Both the position numbers and the translations under genes were made by a program. A DNA stretch of 34,536 nucleotides from a bacterium. GTDB taxonomy: Bacteria; SZUA-182; DTGQ01; JAFGSM01. Under the pieces are notes generated by a model. That model had not been told where the DNA came from. It was given only the letters and a program-made list of their open reading frames with translations, and searched no databases. Where the stretch lies: contig JBLIRO010000052.1 of the NCBI GenBank assembly GCA_049472335.1, positions 1 through 34,536 on the forward strand. Direction: 5' to 3'. Below, in pieces: positions 29,201 through 34,536 of the stretch (position 1 is the first letter of the stretch; every line of letters begins with the position of its first letter).

Positions 29201-31048
29201 CCTTAACCATGGCTCACCAGGCCCTCCTTGACCTTCTTCGCCATGAAAATCTCTATGACAGCTTCCACAGAGTGTATTAATACTATCAGCATCATAGACA
29301 TTATGTTCAGAGGCATCAGCAGCAGTAATTTGGCTCTTTGTAATGTACCTGCTCGATTCCCGGTTTGAATGCTCTAATCCAAGCACACCTGAGTTACTAA
29401 ATTCAACATCAACTGAATCAGTGCTTAAAAACCGGTAGCTTTTTCCGACTGTAGATCCATCTAATGGATCACCTTCATCTGCATGATGCGCCCCATATAC
29501 TGCTGTGATATTATCAGGTTCTGCTCTATTGCCATGACAACCAGTGGTTCCTGCACAGGTAATCTGATCGGCCCCACCTATATCGTCATTCCACCCTCCA
29601 GGTGGTACATTGGGGGTCCCCAAAGTTTTATCCGGAGGAGCAAATCCAAGAACATTATGTCTTGCGGCATCTGGAGTACCAGCAAAAGTCCCTCCGGCAA
29701 GTATTGCATCACCTGTTAAATCTATCTGGGGAGCTTTGGTAAAAGTATCGTAACCATTGATAACTGATGAAGAACCAGAATGACAAACAATGCATGTACT
29801 ATTATTCTCATTGGGATCAGCAGCAACACCAAAAAGGAGTGCACTGTTTGGTCCGGTAGAAACAGGTTTAATTGGATCAAAAAAAATATACGGATCAACT
29901 CCATCCTGGCTATGATGAATTGTATGGCATTTATTACAAGGGCCACTATTTGATGATTTCTGTGTATGGCAAACAATACAACCCTCACATGTATTTGGAT
30001 TCCAACGTAACATATCCGGGTAGGGGCTTCCATGTGGCCTGTGGCAGGAGATACAGGAAACCAGGTCATTACCCGGGTCTATTTTGCTCCGTTTTATATT
30101 ATCAGGTCCGATAAGATTGCTCAGATCCTGTCTTGCTACCGGGACCATAGGATTATAGGTGATATAACCTTTATATTCCCCGTAATCAGGTAATGGTGTG
30201 TCAGAGGGATGTCGGATCCAGGGCTCATTTGGCTCCTCCACCTTCTGCTGTATGTGAAATTTCCCATGGCAGCCGCAGCAAAAGGCAGTAATAGTATTAT
30301 GATAACCCAATGACCAGCTATCGATTGTATTTCCTCCTGCTTCCCCAAGATATTCATTATGATGCACGGGGCCGGACTCATTATTAGCCTGCCGGTTGGG
30401 ATCTTCAATCCCTTCAACACCCCCATCCCTAGCCCTGCTATGCCCCTTGAGAAAGCGGTACCAGGGATAAGCATTTATTACATCCAACGGTTCTCCTTCA
30501 TCCGCATGATGAAAACCGTTAGGTTGTCTCAAATCATCCACCATGTGGCATCCGGTACAGCCCTGCCTTCCGTTTAGACCTATATCAAGTTGATCCTTAT
30601 ATTCTATGTGAAAATTACTGTGACATGAATTAGTAAAGCAGCGTATACCGCCAGGGGCTATGTCTAATTTGTCATCTACTTCACCGGGAAAAACATTATG
30701 ACCTTTGGAATCATCCGCACCTTCATTCCCTTCTTTTACCCACCAAAAATTACCCCCGGCAAGATAATTGGCGGGGGCCATAGTTCCGGTATAATTCACA
30801 ACAGGAACACGATATCCACCCAGATCATAGTATGTGGAGGACGCGCTGCTGGAATGACACTCAATGCAGGTCTGATTGGTCGTGCCGTCCGTAGCGTTTC
30901 CTCCTGTATGGCAAACATTACAATATTCATCAGGCCCTTCTTTGCTGATCCTCGCGAAACACTTTCCAATTCTGATAGAAATAAACATAAATATAGTAAG
31001 CAATATTGGAAATATAATCCCTTTAAATTTGATGTTTTTTCTCTTCAC
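26219..31048 (-). CDS. Secreted multiheme c-type cytochrome of four tandem OmcS-like modules, a 2-heme stub and a non-heme C-terminal domain
   Basis: Signal peptide; 24 CxxCH plus 2 CX4CH and 2 CX5CH by hand count. Each module has AGG.F, HNV, PGG, YR(F/L)L, RHP, CISCHRPHGSPYPDMLRW and GCIxCHTQK. Confidence 0.93.
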   Translation of the reverse strand: MKRKNIKFKGIIFPILLTIFMFISIRIGKCFARISKEGPDEYCNVCHTGGNATDGTTNQTCIECHSSSASSTYYDLGGYRVPVVNYTGTMAPANYLAGGNFWWVKEGNEGADDSKGHNVFPGEVDDKLDIAPGGIRCFTNSCHSNFHIEYKDQLDIGLNGRQGCTGCHMVDDLRQPNGFHHADEGEPLDVINAYPWYRFLKGHSRARDGGVEGIEDPNRQANNESGPVHHNEYLGEAGGNTIDSWSLGYHNTITAFCCGCHGKFHIQQKVEEPNEPWIRHPSDTPLPDYGEYKGYITYNPMVPVARQDLSNLIGPDNIKRSKIDPGNDLVSCISCHRPHGSPYPDMLRWNPNTCEGCIVCHTQKSSNSGPCNKCHTIHHSQDGVDPYIFFDPIKPVSTGPNSALLFGVAADPNENNSTCIVCHSGSSSVINGYDTFTKAPQIDLTGDAILAGGTFAGTPDAARHNVLGFAPPDKTLGTPNVPPGGWNDDIGGADQITCAGTTGCHGNRAEPDNITAVYGAHHADEGDPLDGSTVGKSYRFLSTDSVDVEFSNSGVLGLEHSNRESSRYITKSQITAADASEHNVYDADSINTLCGSCHRDFHGEEGQGGPGEPWLRHPTDIALDAAAASGPAEYADYPEEGDAVNKYSTEAPVGYDASAGNNQIGVDIAKTQGQVLCISCHRPHGSPYPDMLRWDPDTCKGCITCHTQKSLVNGPCNKCHNMHNSQDGVAPHIFFDLNKPISLGPNNALLFGFVRDPNENNSSCVGCHSGSSSVINGYDTFTKAPQIDLTSDAMLAGGTFAGTADSVRHNVLGFAPPDKALGTPNVPPGGANDDIGSAKQITCAGTTGCHGNRAEPDNITAVYGAHHMDQYSPLDGSTVGKSYRLLSTDLVNHEFNNSGVLGIEHLNWESGRYNTKSQITAADASEHNVYDADGINKLCASCHGNFHGDASQGGPSEPWLRHPTDITLDAANAIGPAEYADYPEEGDAINKYSPKAPVGYDASAGNNQIGLDVAKTQGQVLCISCHRPHGSPYPDMLRWDPNTYEGCIVCHTQKSSTKGRCFNCHTMHYSQDGVALELNLSEWSTEGPYHTLLTKDCLGCHSSNVSSTYYDLDGYRVPVVNYTGPDAPANYLAGGNFWWVKEGNEGADDSKGHNVFPGEKDDKLSKAPGGITCSSNSCHDNFDREYTGSWSYPGLYKRQGCTGCHMVDDILQPSGYHHADDGNQYDIINNFPWYRFLKSHIRLGGIYGVIGIEDSKWQAMDESDSENHNEYLGKEGAFTSDSWSLANNRTMTAFCCGCHGKFHMQQKEKGQYGHWIRHPSDATLPDYGEYKDYNTYNPEVPVARSDPGSINSIAVTPGEDLVSCISCHRPHGSPYPDMLRWDPDTCDGCITCHTQKSSSNGPCNKCHTMHNSQDGVPIELSLPEWTTEGPYHTLLIQGCSNCHSSRILFTDINLKAGWSMISLPVFPESSVISQLFPEAVVTYGFEKGVGYKRLIEEEELEVGKGYWILFYSDQNCALTGQSIPKYNLPVYENGWYMIGGCTTQSRASINTGNIIVIYGYIPGVGYERVLESKNLEPGKGYWIFFSDIADQAELTVKNCNEHNEPINSL
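26861..30925 (-). repeat. ~1.03-kb intragenic modules arranged A-B-B'-A'
   Basis: tttctgtgtatggca (CHTQK) begins at 29957, 28922, 27887 and 26861 (spacing 1035, 1035, 1026). Modules 2 and 3 are closely similar, as are 1 and 4. Confidence 0.9.
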
Positions 31049-31209
31049 TTTTTTATTTCCCTTACCCTGTTTCTATAATCTATTTTTAAATGATTCTAGA
31101 TCAAATTATAAGAAAGTACAATCTATAAAGTCGATTTTGTCAATTATCACCATCGGAATTGCCGCTTTGATATAATATTACTATAAGGTTTATAATAATC
31201 AAGGATATC

Positions 31210-32163
31210 ATGAAGAGTGTTTTTTATATAACCATCACCGTAATACTTGTTTGTTCTATAATATTTGTAATGGGTTTTAAACCACCGGATAAAGCCGAAA
31301 GGGTTAGGGCCATAGGGTCAACTGAGGGGCTTCCTGAAATCCTGCAGAAGGCCTTCGTCCCTGAGGATGACTTTGAACCTGTTCCTAAACCCGAACCGGG
31401 CGATTGGCTGGCGGAACACCCCGAAAAGGGGCAGACATTCGATGATTTTGTTCACACAGGGAAGAACCGCCCGGATAAAAGCCGGAATAAGATCTATTTT
31501 CAGCCATTAGGGGAGTTCCGGGAAGATAGAAGCCCTTCTCTGGAAAAGCTCAAGGAATATGCATCCGCTTACTTTTCCATGGAGGTAAAGGTCCTTACCC
31601 CTCTTATTTTAATAGACGATTCCTTTACCACCCGCAAAAATACTTATACGGGAAAGATGCAAATCCTGACTACGGATATATTAACCCTGCTGAAAAAGAA
31701 GCTCCCGGATGACGCGTTTTGCATCCTTGCGATTACAATGGAAGACCTTTATCCTGATCCCTCATGGAATTTTGTGTTCGGCCAGGCATCTTTCCAGGGA
31801 CGGGCCGGCGTTTACAGCTTTTCGCGCTATGACCCGGCCTTTTATGGGGAAAAGAGGGACAAGGATTATAAGAAAATCCTTCTAAAAAGAAGCTGCAGGG
31901 TCCTGGTCCATGAAACTGGGCATATGTTCGGCCTTGAGCATTGCATATTCTTCAGATGTGTCATGAATGGTTCCAACCATTTGGAGGAAAGCGATTCCCG
32001 GCCATTGCGCCTTTGTCCTGTCTGCATTCGAAAGCTTCATTCCAGTATAGAATTTGATATCATGGATCGATATAATAGGTTGCTTCTTTTTTATAAAGAA
32101 TCAGGTATTGACCAGGAAACCCGCTGGATGGAAAATCGTCTCAAAAAGATCAAACAGGATTAA
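31210..32163 (+). CDS. Archaemetzincin-family Zn metalloprotease with N-terminal signal/anchor
   Basis: DLYPDPSWNFVFGQA, HETGHMFGLEHC, CVMNGSNHLEESD and LCPVC motifs. Confidence 0.92.
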   Translation: MKSVFYITITVILVCSIIFVMGFKPPDKAERVRAIGSTEGLPEILQKAFVPEDDFEPVPKPEPGDWLAEHPEKGQTFDDFVHTGKNRPDKSRNKIYFQPLGEFREDRSPSLEKLKEYASAYFSMEVKVLTPLILIDDSFTTRKNTYTGKMQILTTDILTLLKKKLPDDAFCILAITMEDLYPDPSWNFVFGQASFQGRAGVYSFSRYDPAFYGEKRDKDYKKILLKRSCRVLVHETGHMFGLEHCIFFRCVMNGSNHLEESDSRPLRLCPVCIRKLHSSIEFDIMDRYNRLLLFYKESGIDQETRWMENRLKKIKQD

Positions 32164-32220
32164 ACTCTTTTTATTGCATAATGGAGTTGATTTTTCCAAA
32201 AATATATGTAAAATGGAAAT

Positions 32221-33372
32221 ATGTACTCCAGATTGTTAAAAAGACCTTTACAATTAAACAAAAGCTTTTTTCTGTTCGGGCCAAGAGGGACAGGGAAAAC
32301 TACTTGGATTAAAGCACATTTCAGCCAGAACGTATATATAGATCTGTTGGAATCAAACCTTTATAATGAACTGCTTGCTTCTCCGGACCGGATCGAAACC
32401 TTTATTCCACCCGGATACGAAGATTGGATCGTGATTGATGAGATTCAAAAGGTCCCCCAGTTGCTTAATGAGGTCCATCGGTTAATAGAAAAGCAAAGGT
32501 ATAAATTTATCCTTACCGGATCGAGTGCCAGGAGTTTAAGAAAAGGGGGCATTAATCTCCTGGCCGGCCGTGCCTTAACCTATAATATGTATCCCCTTAC
32601 AGCTATAGAGCTTAACAATGACTTCTCTTTGGAAAAATCTCTAAAATTCGGACACTTGCCATCTATCCCTTCCGAGCCCGATCCTTTTGAATTTTTAAAG
32701 GCATATGTAAAGACCTACTTGCGTGAAGAGGTGCTGCAGGAAGGATTAACCCGTAATTTGGGCAGTTTTACACGTTTTTTGGAAATGGCAAGTTTCTCAC
32801 AGGCTTCAGTTCTCAATATATCCGAAGTTGCCCGCGAAGCAAGCCTTGAAAGAAAAAGGGTTGAGAATTACTTCTCTATTCTGGAGGATTTGCTCCTTGC
32901 AACCAGACTGCCTGTTTTTACAAAAAGGGCAAAACGGCGTATGGTGGGACATCCCAAATTTTATTTTTTTGATGTGGGTGTTTATCGCGCCTTAAGACCT
33001 TCAGGCCCTCTTGATTCGCCTGAAGAGATAGAAGGGGCAAGCCTGGAGACACTTTGCTTTCAGGAAATAAGGGCTATTAATGATTATTTTAATTATCAGT
33101 ATGATTTATACTATTGGAGAACAAGCAACGGAGCCGAGGTAGACTTTGTTCTTTATGGCCCGAAGGGTATAAAAGCATTTGAAGTGAAACGATCAAAAAG
33201 GACCACAAAAAAAGACCTTTCGGGATTAAAGGCCTTTAAATCGGATTTCCCTGAAGCAACCCTTTATCTTCTCTATGGCGGAACGAAAAACCTCTATGAA
33301 GATGGGATTAAAATCCTGCCTGTGGATTCCGCATTAAAACAAATCCCTGACATATTAGACAATAAAGGATAA
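32221..33372 (+). CDS. AAA_14 ATPase with DUF4143 and C-terminal PD-(D/E)xK-like motif
   Basis: GPRGTGKTT, IDEIQK, LTGSSA, LAGRA, PKFYFFDVG and YWRT...EVDFV...FEVK motifs. Confidence 0.92.
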   Translation: MYSRLLKRPLQLNKSFFLFGPRGTGKTTWIKAHFSQNVYIDLLESNLYNELLASPDRIETFIPPGYEDWIVIDEIQKVPQLLNEVHRLIEKQRYKFILTGSSARSLRKGGINLLAGRALTYNMYPLTAIELNNDFSLEKSLKFGHLPSIPSEPDPFEFLKAYVKTYLREEVLQEGLTRNLGSFTRFLEMASFSQASVLNISEVAREASLERKRVENYFSILEDLLLATRLPVFTKRAKRRMVGHPKFYFFDVGVYRALRPSGPLDSPEEIEGASLETLCFQEIRAINDYFNYQYDLYYWRTSNGAEVDFVLYGPKGIKAFEVKRSKRTTKKDLSGLKAFKSDFPEATLYLLYGGTKNLYEDGIKILPVDSALKQIPDILDNKG

Positions 33373-33449
33373 TATACTCGCATCAGATCCCTTAGCCTCT
33401 TAAGTGATCTATGTGTAAGGTGCGGAATAAAAAAGTTGTAGACATATTG

Positions 33450-33504
33450 TTGATTTTTGCTCCCCAAAAAGTATAATCACAATTATACTAATTATGATTA
33501 TACT
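33450..33504 (+). promoter_or_regulatory. Sigma70-like promoter overlapped by a 16-bp inverted repeat
   Basis: TTGATT (33450-33455), 16 bp, TATAAT (33472-33477); arms agtataatcacaatta (33470-33485) and taattatgattatact (33489-33504) with 1 mismatch; RBS aaggag at 33505-33510. Confidence 0.65.
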
Positions 33505-33516
33505 AAGGAGATCTTG

Positions 33517-34536
33517 ATGGGAAATGTTAAAAAAATAAAACTTTTTCTTTCCTCTCCCGGGGATGTGGAGGCAGAGCGCAAAAAGGTCCATGAAGTGGCA
33601 GCGCAATTAAACCGTATGCTGGGTGATAGTCTTAATATTTACATCGAGGTTATCGATTGGAAAACCCACGTGGCCCCGGATATGGGTAGGCCGCAAGAGA
33701 TAATCAACCGTCAGATAGGTGATTATGACATCTTTGTGGGTATTATGTGGAAACGGTTTGGGACATCAACCGGGAAAGCAGGCTCAGGTACGGAAGAGGA
33801 ATTTAGAATCGCCTATAACAGGTGGGAGGTGAATAAACGACCCCGCATCTTCTTTTACTTTAGTATGATGCCATATTTGCCAGAGGATCTCGAAGAGATC
33901 GATCAATTGAGAAAGGTTATTGAGCTTAAAAAGGAGTTTGGTCAAAAAGGCCTGATTTTCAAATATCAATCCCCTGAGGAGTTTGGTGATCTCCTGCGTG
34001 AACACCTGACTAAGGTCATCTATGAATGGTTTCCCGCAAAAGAAGAAAAGCCAAAATCAAGGGCAGATTTCACCAAATACTTCACCTGCCTCAAATCAGA
34101 AACCATGTATATGGATATTCGTGGCCTTGTCACTGGGGAGGGGAAGGCACATCAATTTCGTATAGATGAGCTTTATATCCCATTGAAAGCAGCCGGTAGC
34201 GCAGGCTTGCCAGGTGAAAAAAAGGGGAAGCGTGGGGAGCAAAACGATGCTAAAGGGATAGCGCCTCGTGAAATACAGTTACAGGAGGCATTAAAGCAAC
34301 TTCGATTGATCATCAGGGGAGATCCCGGTGCAGGAAAGACCACCTTTCTCAGGTTGATATCTTTTGCCCTTTGCAAGGAGGGATTAGGAGAAGAACCCTC
34401 ACTTGGAATCCCGAAGATTCCCTGGTCTGAACATCTGTCTGTGCCCATCCTCATTAAAATTGGAAGATTAATAGAGCACATAAAGGAATGGAAAAAAAGA
34501 GACTCCCTGCAAACTCCGCCCTCCGTGGACAGCCCG
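33517..34536 (+). CDS. DUF4062 (TIR-like) plus NACHT NTPase protein, 3'-truncated by the window end (not in ORF track)
   Basis: MGNVKKIKLFLSSPGDVEAER...DIFVGIMWKRFGT...SGTEEEF...IFFYF, then DELYIPL and Walker A IIRGDPGAGKTTFL; frame open to the end. Confidence 0.9.
   Translation, partial: MGNVKKIKLFLSSPGDVEAERKKVHEVAAQLNRMLGDSLNIYIEVIDWKTHVAPDMGRPQEIINRQIGDYDIFVGIMWKRFGTSTGKAGSGTEEEFRIAYNRWEVNKRPRIFFYFSMMPYLPEDLEEIDQLRKVIELKKEFGQKGLIFKYQSPEEFGDLLREHLTKVIYEWFPAKEEKPKSRADFTKYFTCLKSETMYMDIRGLVTGEGKAHQFRIDELYIPLKAAGSAGLPGEKKGKRGEQNDAKGIAPREIQLQEALKQLRLIIRGDPGAGKTTFLRLISFALCKEGLGEEPSLGIPKIPWSEHLSVPILIKIGRLIEHIKEWKKRDSLQTPPSVDSP

Noticed and set aside
26992..31175. Small ORFs overlapping the cytochrome gene
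   Set aside because: Shadow frames; their repeats only mirror the cytochrome modules.
33409..34481. Three minus-strand ORFs in the track
   Set aside because: Antisense to the DUF4062-NACHT gene, which the track missed because it has no stop in the window.

Overview
Bacterial accessory region, probably from an anaerobe with Desulfobacterota-like gene content (inferred, not demonstrated). In order: a 59-bp tandem repeat; two convergent secreted low-complexity proteins (one Gly/Pro/Trp-rich, one with 15-aa Cys repeats); copZ-copA; a CobB-type sirtuin; a PEP-CTERM remnant; an EboD/DHQS-like pseudogene; a 3986-aa PKD/PASTA/RHS protein with a C-terminal HExxH domain; a ~5.4-kb patch of toxin-antitoxin modules mixed with three dead REP-associated tyrosine transposase (RAYT) fragments and recurring GGGGACG-type motifs; a hypothetical gene; a 1609-aa multiheme cytochrome; an archaemetzincin; an AAA_14/DUF4143 ATPase; and a truncated DUF4062-NACHT gene. 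The best candidate for an undescribed system is the cytochrome. It reads as four OmcS-like modules fused head to tail (A-B-B'-A') plus a two-heme stub and a non-heme C-terminal domain. The His that links subunits in OmcS is missing only from the first module and is kept in the stub, which suggests a single-chain, self-capped nanowire of fixed length. The second candidate is the RAYT-associated, integron-like TA cassette array. All family assignments are by motif recognition; no searches were run.
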